The notes under the pieces: generated by a model
The model's input: only the letters and a program-made list of their open reading frames with translations
What the model was told of the DNA's origin: nothing
Database searches by the model: none
Shown here: piece by piece, positions 1 to 9,973 of the stretch
Numbering within the stretch: position 1 is the first letter of the stretch
Layout of the letters: the number at the start of each line of letters is the position of its first letter
From: Candidatus Heimdallarchaeota archaeon
GTDB lineage: Archaea; Asgardarchaeota; Heimdallarchaeia; Hodarchaeales; Hodarchaeaceae
Direction: 5' to 3'
Length of the DNA stretch: 64,000 nt
Assembly (NCBI GenBank): GCA_020353515.1
Contig: CP070695.1
Coordinates: 3,161,532-3,225,531 of the forward strand
Translations under genes and position numbers: made by a program

Positions 1-2
1 CC

Positions 3-851
3 ACTCATGAAGGAGAAGTGTGGGATTACCGTCTAGGACAGAAAAGAGTCGTAAAGAATCAAGTTCTTCCAATTATCGCTGTCCCTACTACAGCAGGCAC
101 TGGATCCGAAGTCACACCAATGGCAGTAATAAAAAATCCTGATGAGAAGTTCAAGTCTGCCCTTGCTGATTGGTCTCTAACCCCAAGGGTTAGTATAATT
201 GATCCTGAACTTACCCTGACCCTTCCACCGTATATTACTGCAGCAACTGGTTTTGACGTTTTTTGTCATGCATTTGAAAGTTTTTTACATAAAAGTGCTT
301 CAGATTATGTCGATCTTCTCGCTTTAGAGGCAATAAGACAAGTGATTAATCATCTTCCAGTTGTTGTTAAAGATGGGTCAAACAAAGAGGCAAGGGAGAC
401 GATGTCTTGGGCAAGCACCCTTGGGGGGATGTGTATTACAAATGCGGGGACTACACTAGCCCATGGAATTGGTATGGCTATTGGAGGGCATGTTACAGAT
501 GTAATGCATGGAGAAGCACTAGCTGCTATATATCCGACAGTGAACCAGTGGACGTGGAAACATGCAAAATCAAAATATGCAACAGTAGGTAGAATGTTTA
601 ATCCTGATTTGAAAAATGAATCTGATGAAGTGGCAGCAGAAGCATCATGCTATGAAATGGATGCGTTTCTGAAAAAAATTGGTTTATGGATGAATTTGAG
701 GGAGCTAAACGTGCTTGAAAATCAACTAAAAGCAATTGGGGCTGATACAATGAAACTCAAAAACTATACTGTTCATCCTAAAGTCCCCACCCTTTTAGAA
801 ATAAACAATCTTATTTTAGCAAGCTACATGGCTGTGTTGGAGGGCTATTAG
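3..851 (+). CDS. Iron-containing alcohol dehydrogenase, 5'-partial at the window edge; last codons probably come from a fused Rab relic
   Basis: AVPTTAGTGSEVT, IIDPELT, TAATGFDVFCHAFES, TLAHGIG and HGEALA motifs; frame is open back to position 3. Confidence 0.93.
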   Translation, partial: THEGEVWDYRLGQKRVVKNQVLPIIAVPTTAGTGSEVTPMAVIKNPDEKFKSALADWSLTPRVSIIDPELTLTLPPYITAATGFDVFCHAFESFLHKSASDYVDLLALEAIRQVINHLPVVVKDGSNKEARETMSWASTLGGMCITNAGTTLAHGIGMAIGGHVTDVMHGEALAAIYPTVNQWTWKHAKSKYATVGRMFNPDLKNESDEVAAEASCYEMDAFLKKIGLWMNLRELNVLENQLKAIGADTMKLKNYTVHPKVPTLLEINNLILASYMAVLEGY

Positions 852-1189
852 TGTACGATGTCACTCGTCCTGATTCGTTTCACAACATGCCTAAGTGGAT
901 TAACGAACTGTGGATAAATAATGGACGCGGTCGTGTACCTATTGTTGTAGTCGCAAATAAAATTGACTTGTGTAGTGGAGGAGATTCCACGATTTCTCGT
1001 GATCAGGGTTGGTCTTTTACTAAGAGTCTGAGTAATCTTACTAAACCTGCTGGATTTCTATGTCATTTTATTGAAACGTCTGCTAAAACTGGAGTAAATA
1101 TCTCTCAAGCTTTTTCATTACTAGGCACAAATATTGGGAAGTTCATAGAAAATCATCGAAAGACTCCCTTATTGGCATCTTACCTATGA
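830..1189 (+). pseudogene. C-terminal half of a Rab-like small GTPase (G1-G3 missing)
   Basis: Reads GCVGGLLVYDVTRPDSF...VVANKID (G4)...ETSAK (G5) from 830; upstream is ADH sequence with no P-loop. Confidence 0.85.
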
Positions 1190-1213
1190 TGAAGAACACA
1201 GAATTCAAAGAAA

Positions 1214-1241
1214 TATACTCACTAGCTTATACTCACTAGCT
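1214..1241. repeat. Perfect 14-bp tandem duplication (TATACTCACTAGCT x2)
   Basis: Read directly. Confidence 0.9.
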
Positions 1242-1548
1242 TTTTCCCTTATTTGATGTTTATAATCCGTCCCTGTCATTTCTACTCACCTCATTTGCTT
1301 CATTCTTCTGTTTCTTAGTAGTCAGGCTTATATACAAGTTTTTCTGACTGGAAGTTTCGGAGTAGATGAATCTCTGTCTTAGATTCTGATACTCCTCTGT
1401 TATACTCTAAACCGAAGACTCAGGAAGTTAGAATGACTTGCTATGACTTCAAGTGAAAACCTGGGAAATATTGAAAACTTCTAATTGCAGGTCACACTAA
1501 GAAATGAGAAAGAAACCCCTGATTTCAAGCACTTGTTAGGAGGAATGA

Positions 1549-1785
1549 ATGGTGAGAATAACCTACCCAAAGGAGCTCAAATGTCCATCGTGTAAATCAG
1601 TCATTCGATTGGATTATAGTGGTAAATATACCGCGGCAACTGATGATTTACTGGTTATGATGATAAGTGTTCCTTGTAGTACAAACTCTGCAAAGGATAT
1701 GAGAAAAAATAAGCAGGATATAGGAACTGGTCTCCCCAGCTTTGTCATTTGTCAAAGTTGTCAAACGATATTAGGCACTACGTGA
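1549..1785 (+). CDS. Small zinc-ribbon protein
   Basis: CPSC...CQSC pairs; AGGAGG Shine-Dalgarno-like motif upstream. Confidence 0.7.
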   Translation: MVRITYPKELKCPSCKSVIRLDYSGKYTAATDDLLVMMISVPCSTNSAKDMRKNKQDIGTGLPSFVICQSCQTILGTT

Positions 1786-1841
1786 GCATAATAGATAAAA
1801 TCGTATTAGTTGGTGATGGTGGGGTCGGTAAAACATCATGA
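1782..1841 (+). pseudogene. N-terminal relic (beta1 + P-loop only) of a Rab-like GTPase
   Basis: GTG-S-I-I-D-KIVLVGDGGVGKTS-stop; GTGA overlap with the upstream stop; absent from the ORF track. Confidence 0.8.
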
Positions 1842-2076
1842 TGAAGAACACAGAGTCCTCTGTTATACTCAAAATCGCCTTATTCTGTACCCCTACACGT
1901 AGGATCTTTCGATTCTTTGCTTTCTCTAATGCATCCCATATTTCATTTATTAAATAGCAATCCTCTTTATTATAAGTAATACTCAATTCATACTTCCTTA
2001 TATTCATTTTCAAGAGATCAGTTTGCTCAATAAGGAGAAAACATCCAAAGCAGAATATCACTAGAATAAACACCGT

Positions 2077-2505
2077 CTACGTTGGCTCAATAGAGTGCTG
2101 AATGCGAATAATGACAAATTCTGCAGGCTTAAGGGGTGCTAACGCAACCACTATATTGACTATACCATTATTCTGGTCTTCTTGTGTGGTTATTTCAGCA
2201 TCACACTTGACATAGAAGGAATTAGATAGCATATCGCCTTGGAATGCGCCATCGTCAAATAATCCCATCATAAACGTGGTGATACTAGCTCGTATTGAGG
2301 CCCAGGTTGACTCGTCATTAGGTTCAAAGGTTACCCATTTGGTGTTCCTTTCCAGTATCTCCATACTCTCTGGAGGCCCCACATCATAATAAGGGCATCG
2401 GTCTGGACAGTTCTCGTTCCATACTTTCATCAACAAACAGTACGCTAGCATCTCATCGGTTTTTTTCACTAGAAACAAACACTCGCGGTAGATTGGTCTC
2501 TACAA
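2077..2505 (-). pseudogene. Chimera: Cys-rich host-protein N-terminus fused to a contractile tail sheath C-terminal domain
   Basis: TKWVTFEPND...GAFQG...FYVKCDAEITTQED...GIVNIVVALAPLKPAEFVIIRIQ is the tail-sheath C-terminal signature; N-terminus aligns with 48036-48341; codon 2 (2500-2502) is TAG. Confidence 0.8.
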
Positions 2506-2839
2506 CTTTCTAGTTACATTTTGTCCTAGCTCTATTGTCGCCTTACTACGATATTTCCCCTATGGCAACTACATCTATCTTTCAGAATGGAGAAGCGTGT
2601 ATGAGTAAGTGATTTCGTCACTGGAGCGGAGCTTTTCTTCAGGATCTATTAGTGGAATTTTCATTCCTAGATAATGTCGTTACTAGCTCAGTAATATCGT
2701 AAATGAACACTACTGAGATCGAAATCTTCCTCGGAATTTAGGAATTTGAGATCATCTATTTTCAAATTATCTGCCTTTATGGTGATGTATTTAAGGTATA
2801 ATATGTCAAGATACCTTATAAAAATTATAGGGGAAAGAA

Positions 2840-3721
2840 ATGAAGCTCAAGATTGAAAGAATCAGCAAGTGTTTTGGTAAGGAGTTTTATGCACTCAAAA
2901 ATTTCTCCTTGGACATTGAATCTGGAGTCTTAGGTTTGTTAGGACCAAATGGTGCAGGTAAATCAACTCTTATGCGTATTGTGGCTACTATCACCAAACC
3001 TACCTCAGGTACAATAACTTGGAATGGCGAAGACATTGTACGAAAACCCAATAAAATTCGTCCTGTGTTAGGATATCTTCCTCAGGAATTCGGAGTGTAC
3101 CCCAATCTTAATGCTTACGAGTTCTTAAGATATATGGCTGCGATTAAAGGTCTAGCCCGTAAGGATGCGAAAACACGTGTAGAAGAATTATTGAATCTAG
3201 TACATCTCACGGATGTACGGAAGTACCCACTGGCTAATTTTAGCGGTGGGATGAAACAACGAATTGGAATTGCACAAGCTCTTCTGAATGATCCACAACT
3301 GCTAATTGTAGACGAACCAACAGCTGGTTTGGATCCGGAAGAGCGAGTTCGATTTCGAAACTTACTTGTTGACTTATCTGGTGAACGAAGTGTGATTTTG
3401 TCAACCCACATTGTCTCTGATATCGAAGCTAGTGCTACTAAAATAGCCATTATCAACATGGGCCAGCTTCTAACCACGATGACACCTGAAGACTTCTTGA
3501 AAACTGTGGATGGAAAGGTATGGCAATGGAGAATACCATCGTCTGAACTGATGACCGTTCGAGCGAAATATAGAATATCAAACCTGAGTAGGAGAGAAGA
3601 TGGCCTATATATTCGCATAGTAGAAGAAGAGAGACCGCATATCGACGCAGAGAGCGTTCCTCCTTCTTTAGAAGATGCCTATCTTCATATAATTCACAGT
3701 TATGGGAGGAAGAACCAGTGA
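2840..3721 (+). CDS. ABC transporter ATP-binding protein (ABC-2/drug exporter type)
   Basis: GPNGAGKS, FSGGMKQR, LIVDEPT and STH motifs. Confidence 0.95.
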   Translation: MKLKIERISKCFGKEFYALKNFSLDIESGVLGLLGPNGAGKSTLMRIVATITKPTSGTITWNGEDIVRKPNKIRPVLGYLPQEFGVYPNLNAYEFLRYMAAIKGLARKDAKTRVEELLNLVHLTDVRKYPLANFSGGMKQRIGIAQALLNDPQLLIVDEPTAGLDPEERVRFRNLLVDLSGERSVILSTHIVSDIEASATKIAIINMGQLLTTMTPEDFLKTVDGKVWQWRIPSSELMTVRAKYRISNLSRREDGLYIRIVEEERPHIDAESVPPSLEDAYLHIIHSYGRKNQ

Positions 3722-5379
3722 ACTTTGACATTTTAGTTCGAATGCTAGTTGAAACGATTCGAGCTGGCTTTTTGAATAGAGTCAGGACTTATCGATTCAT
3801 ATTTACACTAGCATTTATCATAATGTTATGTTATGCGTTAATTCCCCCTGCAGACGCTCTATACGCCACGTACGCTCTGTATGATAATTATAACAACCCC
3901 TACCGAGGTGTATACAATAGTGCTTGGGTAGGTACGATAATGGCCCTCCAAACCTCAATTTGGCTTTCTCTTTTTGGTTTTTATATCATTAACGATGCGA
4001 TAAAGCGCGACGAAGATACAAAAGTCGGTGAAATTCTGGCAACAACCCAGCTAAAAAATCCGATCTATATTTTAGCCAAATTTATTACTAATATCGCTAT
4101 TTTGGGGGCAATGAGTTTTATAATTCTGATCATGTCAGGTTTACTTCAAATATTTCGTAGTGAGGTTTATCATCTCGATTTGGTTTCGCTCATTGTTCCT
4201 TTTGTTATTTTAGTTATACCAGTTATTTTCTTTGTCTCTGGAGCAGCGTTATTTTTCGAAACTTTTCCCGTTTTACGTGGTACCTGGTCAAACATTGTAT
4301 GGTTCTTCTTCTGGATGTTTTTGATGATGACTATCCTTATATTTGACCCATTTATTTCCTGGTTATCCTCCAGCATCAGAGCTGCTGCGTATTCTCAATA
4401 TCCTAACATCATCTTTCCATCTGCTAATTTTGGTCTTAATCCTATTTCTCAACCTGCAAAGTTATTTCTCTGGAATGATGTCTTTTCCTTGTGGAGATTT
4501 GAAGTTATTATTTTCCGTTTTTTCTGGTACATTTCTGCTTTAATCCTTGCTTTCACCTCTATATTCTTTTTTCACCGCTTTGATCCTTCAGTAGATCGTG
4601 GTATTTCCATAACGCATAAGATTTCCTCTCTCTTAGCTACTGACACTCCTGTGATCCTAGAAACTGAAGATGAACATCAAATTCCATTAACCACAGCTGA
4701 AAGAATAGTGATACCTGTTAATACCTTAGAAAAGGTCACTTCGACACCTTTAAAATCAGGCATTGATCATTTCCGTTTTGGTACAATTTTTATTGCTGAA
4801 ACGGAGCTTATGTTCAAGACAGTACCTATTTGGTGGTACTTAGTGACTTTTGGACTGATCATCGCAGGTCTACTCATACCAATCGAAATATCACAACGAT
4901 TCTTGCTTCCTATCTCACTTATCTGGCCTTTATTCATATGGTCGAAAATGGGTACGCGTGAATCTTTGAATGGGACATATCAATTGATTTTCTCATCTAA
5001 CAATGTCTTAATAAGACAATTTCCTGCTATTTGGCTCTCAGGTGTCTTGGTTGCACTATTTTCCTGCTCTGGATTTATTGTAAACCTAGCACTCAACGGA
5101 TATAGCATCAATTTTCTTCTTACAGTCTTTATTGGTATTTTATTTATTCCCACCATGGCTCTTTGTTTTGGTGTTTGGACTGGAACTAACAAGTTTTTCG
5201 AATTAATCTATTTTTTGTACTGGTACATTGGTTCTTTAAATGGTGTTACTCTTTTGGACTTCGCTGGGACGACGCCAGAAGCTGTTGCAGCTGGACTATT
5301 TAGGTTTTATACCTTATTTACGGTTTTATTGTTAGTCCTTGCGTTCATAGGTAGACGTAGACAGATAAATTCCATGTAA
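3718..5379 (+). CDS. ABC-2-type permease
   Basis: About 12 hydrophobic segments in two blocks; GTGA overlap with the ATPase gene. Confidence 0.85.
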   Translation: MNFDILVRMLVETIRAGFLNRVRTYRFIFTLAFIIMLCYALIPPADALYATYALYDNYNNPYRGVYNSAWVGTIMALQTSIWLSLFGFYIINDAIKRDEDTKVGEILATTQLKNPIYILAKFITNIAILGAMSFIILIMSGLLQIFRSEVYHLDLVSLIVPFVILVIPVIFFVSGAALFFETFPVLRGTWSNIVWFFFWMFLMMTILIFDPFISWLSSSIRAAAYSQYPNIIFPSANFGLNPISQPAKLFLWNDVFSLWRFEVIIFRFFWYISALILAFTSIFFFHRFDPSVDRGISITHKISSLLATDTPVILETEDEHQIPLTTAERIVIPVNTLEKVTSTPLKSGIDHFRFGTIFIAETELMFKTVPIWWYLVTFGLIIAGLLIPIEISQRFLLPISLIWPLFIWSKMGTRESLNGTYQLIFSSNNVLIRQFPAIWLSGVLVALFSCSGFIVNLALNGYSINFLLTVFIGILFIPTMALCFGVWTGTNKFFELIYFLYWYIGSLNGVTLLDFAGTTPEAVAAGLFRFYTLFTVLLLVLAFIGRRRQINSM

Positions 5380-5628
5380 CAATTCCAATATCCATGATAA
5401 TTGTTTTCCCTGTTCCATTTTCACCAAGTAAATAGGAGATCTCGCCCTTCTTGACACATAAGTCAAGATCTTTTACTGCAAAAACTGCCACTTGATCCTT
5501 TTCAAAGTATTAGCCTTTAAAACCTTTCAGGATCTTTAAGTTTAATTTTCATGAGTAAATAAGCCTCTAGGGAATAACTACTAGGAGTGATTTTTTGTTG
5601 TAATTTTTTCTCTGTGGAGTTGTCTCCC

Positions 5629-7785
5629 ATGAGTGATAGTATTCCTTCTTTTCATTTCGAACACATTCCGCTCAATGTGGATCGTTCCAGTATTAATGTC
5701 TTTCAGCACGCGAAAGAGACTTTTTCGTTTGAATATTCGATTTTTGACCCGAAAACTGTCCATATCCATATGTATCCTAACAAACGTGGCTGGTTTCGTA
5801 AGAAAGGTCTAGATACAGGTATCGCCACCATCCAACAGTTTGCGACAGCTATGGGATTACACCCTGATTTTCATCAGATTCAACCCACGGCGATTCATAA
5901 AGTATTGGACATTCTTTCGACGTCCTTTCAAATTGGTTTGGATGGCCCACAGTTCTTCTGTGGCGGAGTCTTAGGTTTTGAAGGATCCGCGGAACCTCCG
6001 ATTACCACAGCAGATGACTTCACTAATGACATCCTTGAGATTCTGACCGATAATCCACAATTTGCGTTCCTTCAATTCATTTTCAAATCCGTCAAAGTCC
6101 CCAAGGAGTATCGATCTGACGAGGAACCTGACCGGCATCTGAGCCATGTTCGTTTTGACATCCAGCATGGAAGAGTTGAACGCCGTTTTCAGCCTCAACG
6201 CATGAATATCATGGAGGAAACAGGGTGCTTTAAGTTCTCTCCTCGGATTTTGGTTGTGGAAAAGACCCCTGAAGTCTTGAAAGCGAAGCTGGATCGCTTA
6301 ACTGTCTTATTTGTTTCCAAAGGTCTTAAAGTTCGCTCCTATCCATCCTTTTTCCGACGGTTTGCCTCCTTCAAGAATCTGTGTATTTCTCGTAAACTTG
6401 TCTCCCCTATAGTCCTGGATGGTTCTTCATTGATGAGTTTTATTTTTCCTCCCCAGCGGCAATTCTGTCATGATGGATACACCCTTGTTCCTAATAAAGC
6501 TGATTACCACCTTTCCACAGGTGTGAGTGAAACCTCTCCGCACCATGCGATCAACCTTGGCATTCCCATCATTAGTGGAAAAACTTCTGATGTCCCCTTA
6601 CTGATTGATGGTAAAGATCTCTGCCGACACATGGCCGTCTTTGGTATGACTGGTGAGGGTAAGAGTCGGTTTATTTATGGGTTAATTCAGGAATTTCATC
6701 AAAAAGGGGTCAATTTTCTCATTTTTGATCCGAAAGGGGAGTATCTTTCTCCCATCAAGACATTTTGTGATGATTTTCTGTACTTAAAACCTGGATCTAC
6801 CTCCTTCCCCTGGGGGATCAACATCTTCCAAATTCCCTTGAATGATGCAGGTCAACCTCTCATCCCTGTTGAAGACCACATTCAATTTGTAGTTTCTATT
6901 CTGGAACATATTTTCGATAATGAGGATGCAGTGTCTCCCCAGATGCGTCGTATGCTCCACCTGACGGTTATTCAGACCGTGAAAGACCAGGGAGACTTTC
7001 GGCGGTTTCTCTTCTACTTGGAGAATCCCGATGAGCTAGGCATGAAGGGCTCGTATCTTGAGAATACTGCGGCAGGCATCATGAATCGTGTGGAGAAGCT
7101 CTTTTTTGGCAACACGGGGCGCTGTTTCACGGTTTCTAAGACCACCTTTGAGGTCGCCAACCTCCTTGATCGTAATGCCATCATTGACCTCTCTGCGTTT
7201 GAGGCTATGGAGGATCAAAGTGGTCGCGAGATCTTTCTGAATGTGGTCTTTCAAAACTTGTACTATTATGTCCGTACGTTCCGTGCTCCCTTTAAAGAAG
7301 AATCACTGCCCAAAAACGTCTTCGTTCTGGATGAGATCCAAAAGCTCGCTCCTGCGAAGAATTTCCGTTCGAGGTCTCCTGAGACTATGATTGGTCGTGG
7401 TCCTTGGACATTACGGGCATATGATATCTCCATGATCTTTATTGGTACCGAACCGATTATTGACCAACCCATGCTGACCAATACTGGATTATTGACACTC
7501 TTCTTCACAAAATTCAATCCTTTTGAAGTGGCAAATCTTTTGGGTGTTCCTAAGGAAGAATATGAGCTATTACGTCAGCTATTAAAAGCTAAGCGAGATG
7601 AACGCCGCTGTATCATTTCTGTCAATGGGCAAATTTCCCTTTTAAAGACCAATGAATTTCATCTAGATCCTAACTTCTCTTTGGATTTAGATGAGCTCTC
7701 TAATCGGTCTTTTCAGAAGCATTTACAGGAATCCTATCACCAGTTGTATTTCAATCCTATTCAGGAGATTCTCACTAAAGATTGA
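5629..7785 (+). CDS. HerA/FtsK/VirB4-superfamily (DUF87-like) ATPase
   Basis: RHMAVFGMTGEGKS Walker A, IFDPKGEY, FVLDEIQ Walker B; start chosen at ATG 5629. Confidence 0.88.
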   Translation: MSDSIPSFHFEHIPLNVDRSSINVFQHAKETFSFEYSIFDPKTVHIHMYPNKRGWFRKKGLDTGIATIQQFATAMGLHPDFHQIQPTAIHKVLDILSTSFQIGLDGPQFFCGGVLGFEGSAEPPITTADDFTNDILEILTDNPQFAFLQFIFKSVKVPKEYRSDEEPDRHLSHVRFDIQHGRVERRFQPQRMNIMEETGCFKFSPRILVVEKTPEVLKAKLDRLTVLFVSKGLKVRSYPSFFRRFASFKNLCISRKLVSPIVLDGSSLMSFIFPPQRQFCHDGYTLVPNKADYHLSTGVSETSPHHAINLGIPIISGKTSDVPLLIDGKDLCRHMAVFGMTGEGKSRFIYGLIQEFHQKGVNFLIFDPKGEYLSPIKTFCDDFLYLKPGSTSFPWGINIFQIPLNDAGQPLIPVEDHIQFVVSILEHIFDNEDAVSPQMRRMLHLTVIQTVKDQGDFRRFLFYLENPDELGMKGSYLENTAAGIMNRVEKLFFGNTGRCFTVSKTTFEVANLLDRNAIIDLSAFEAMEDQSGREIFLNVVFQNLYYYVRTFRAPFKEESLPKNVFVLDEIQKLAPAKNFRSRSPETMIGRGPWTLRAYDISMIFIGTEPIIDQPMLTNTGLLTLFFTKFNPFEVANLLGVPKEEYELLRQLLKAKRDERRCIISVNGQISLLKTNEFHLDPNFSLDLDELSNRSFQKHLQESYHQLYFNPIQEILTKD

Positions 7786-7907
7786 GCCTTTTCAAGATAA
7801 GAAACACTTTATTGAGATGCATTTTTCATTATGATAACCTTTACATCCATAGCATATTTTATATCACCCTTCCTAATTCATTGAATCATGGTGAGGTGAA
7901 CTCAATT

Positions 7908-9956
7908 ATGAATGCTTCATGTTTTAACTTTTTACAAAGAATTAAAACCCTAAGACCGTTCATTCTACCTATAATTGTATTAATACTTTTTTTTGGAGTG
8001 TACATGCATTCCAATAAGAATTTCTCCTCACTAACACCTACTCCTCCAAATGATTGTCACGTTCGTGTGGACGGAGCTCTTTATACTGACCATGATGTCA
8101 TTTACATTTCTGGTAACCAGCATTTCCATACACAGGCAGCCGCAGAAGGATGGCCTGGTAATGGTACTCCTTCGAACCCATATATAATCAGAGATTTGAG
8201 AATTGAGAAATCAGGTGTTTCTTGGACTGAAGATTATCTCATCGATATTCGTAATGTTGATGTTTTTTTCTCCATTACTGAGTGTTTATTGATTGGATTA
8301 CTGAATGATCCTGATACTAAAGAAGGAATCCACTTTCAAAATACAACAAATGGCTGTATAATCAATAATACTCTTTTAATTGATCATAGAAGTTATTATG
8401 ATAGTATTCGTCTAGAGTCATCCCAACATAATGTTATTACAGATAATTTAATTTTTCGGCAAGATACCACATTTCACACCCTTGGAATAGCGATTAATTT
8501 ACAAGATTCGAATAATAACATCATCGCGAGAAATTCTATATTTAACCATTCTTACGGTATTTATGTAACTTCCTCTCATCATAACAGTATTTGTGAAAAC
8601 ACGGTATATGACAATAGACAGTATGGGATAATTACCGAAGACTCAAATGAAATTATGATAGAGAATAATTATGTCTATAGAAATTATTGGACGGGAATTT
8701 ATTTATCTGAATCAACTAATTGCTCATTACTAAATAATACTGTTTTTAAGAATGGACACAGTGATGATGATGGTGTTCATGGTCGTGGAATTGGAATGGA
8801 TTCATATCACACCTCTCTCATTAATAATACTGTAAAAAATAACTATGGGGATGGGATAACTATGGGATGGGGGGGTTCAAATAACCTCATTTTGAATACT
8901 CATGTTGTGAATAATTCCGGATATGGGATTCGTTTACGAAAATTGCTAAATTCCACAATCAAAAATGTCAATGTTCTTAACAATCACCAAAGTGGAATAA
9001 TTATTCAAGGATCTCATTCTTGTTTGATTAGCGAATCACTTTTCTCGAAAAACGAGGGTAATGGAATTTGGATAGAGGATGAAAGCCAAGAGTGTACAAT
9101 CTCCAATAATACAATTTCTGAGAATCAGAAAAATGGGATTTATATTTACACCTGTGACAGAATCTTCTGTTTCAATAACAAAGTGCGAAACAATGACAAA
9201 TATGGGATTTCCTTAGAGGATTCACAAAATATTGCGGTTTATTTCAATAATTTCATCGATAACAATCCAGATGGAGGTTCACAGGCCGAGGAATACCAAT
9301 TTTTCTATCATTATCATTTTTCAACCAATGGTGGATATGGATATTATTATGTTGAAGATGTTAGTAAACTTTCTAATGTTTTTACCCATAACTTTTGGTA
9401 TGATTGGCGGACTCCAGATAATAATAATGACAGTATCGTTGATTTCCCATACCCTATTGACGGAAACATTGACAGTTTTGATTGGGATCCTTTAATATCG
9501 CCTTATAATTCTTCTTCCTTTCATATCATGTCAGTTCCACAGATTTTATCCCCGAAAGGAGGAGGATTATATTCAGGGACGATTCACATTACTTGGCTTC
9601 CAGTAGTTGATTCTTTTAGCCACGAGATCACTTATACCCTCTTTTATTCTGATGATGCTGGAAAAACTTGGATATTAATGACGATTGTCCAGAATGTCAA
9701 CTCATACACGTGGCAGACGACTTCTTTACCTGACGGAAAGGACTACTTGATCAAAGTGGTTGCTAATTGCTCTGAAGGCCTTATATCAGAATTTATTATT
9801 TTGGATGAATTTTCAATCAATAATTCACTGATTAACTCAACCTTTCAATCAGCTGATAAGAGTAATCAATCAATTCAAGTAACCATTGAATTTTCACTCG
9901 TCATTTTTATCGTAGCTTTAACCTATTCTTCCTATTTAAATAGAAAACGGAATTAA
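7908..9956 (+). CDS. Surface protein with NosD/PbH1 parallel beta-helix repeats, an Ig-like domain and a C-terminal TM anchor
   Basis: GWPGNGTPSNPYII cap, repeated NNxIxxN..GI motifs, QILSPKGG..IHITW domain, hydrophobic tail + RKRN; GAGGTGA before ATG 7908. Confidence 0.88.
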   Translation: MNASCFNFLQRIKTLRPFILPIIVLILFFGVYMHSNKNFSSLTPTPPNDCHVRVDGALYTDHDVIYISGNQHFHTQAAAEGWPGNGTPSNPYIIRDLRIEKSGVSWTEDYLIDIRNVDVFFSITECLLIGLLNDPDTKEGIHFQNTTNGCIINNTLLIDHRSYYDSIRLESSQHNVITDNLIFRQDTTFHTLGIAINLQDSNNNIIARNSIFNHSYGIYVTSSHHNSICENTVYDNRQYGIITEDSNEIMIENNYVYRNYWTGIYLSESTNCSLLNNTVFKNGHSDDDGVHGRGIGMDSYHTSLINNTVKNNYGDGITMGWGGSNNLILNTHVVNNSGYGIRLRKLLNSTIKNVNVLNNHQSGIIIQGSHSCLISESLFSKNEGNGIWIEDESQECTISNNTISENQKNGIYIYTCDRIFCFNNKVRNNDKYGISLEDSQNIAVYFNNFIDNNPDGGSQAEEYQFFYHYHFSTNGGYGYYYVEDVSKLSNVFTHNFWYDWRTPDNNNDSIVDFPYPIDGNIDSFDWDPLISPYNSSSFHIMSVPQILSPKGGGLYSGTIHITWLPVVDSFSHEITYTLFYSDDAGKTWILMTIVQNVNSYTWQTTSLPDGKDYLIKVVANCSEGLISEFIILDEFSINNSLINSTFQSADKSNQSIQVTIEFSLVIFIVALTYSSYLNRKRN

Positions 9957-9973
9957 TATCTACTTTCAAGTCC

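Larger units (their letters stand above)
1186..1877. repeat. Split direct repeat: ATGATGAAGAACACAGA at 1186-1202 and 1838-1854; TCCTCTGTTATACTC at 1393-1407 and 1856-1870
   Basis: Exact 17-bp and 15-bp matches; adjacent in the second copy, about 190 bp apart in the first. Confidence 0.8.

Noticed and set aside
1771-2073. 100-aa minus-strand ORF as a real gene
   Set aside because: It runs across the repeat junction and antisense to the Rab P-loop relic; at best a chimeric relic.
5373-5410. Integron attC-like hairpin after the ABC permease (also considered for 15458-15504)
   Set aside because: Core sites do not match RYYYAAC/GTTRRRY, the hairpins share no sequence, and there is no integron integrase.
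2077-7785. Intact provirus or conjugative element (sheath + HerA/VirB4-like ATPase)
   Set aside because: Only a sheath fragment is present; no capsid, terminase, integrase, relaxase or replication genes, and an ABC exporter lies between the two.
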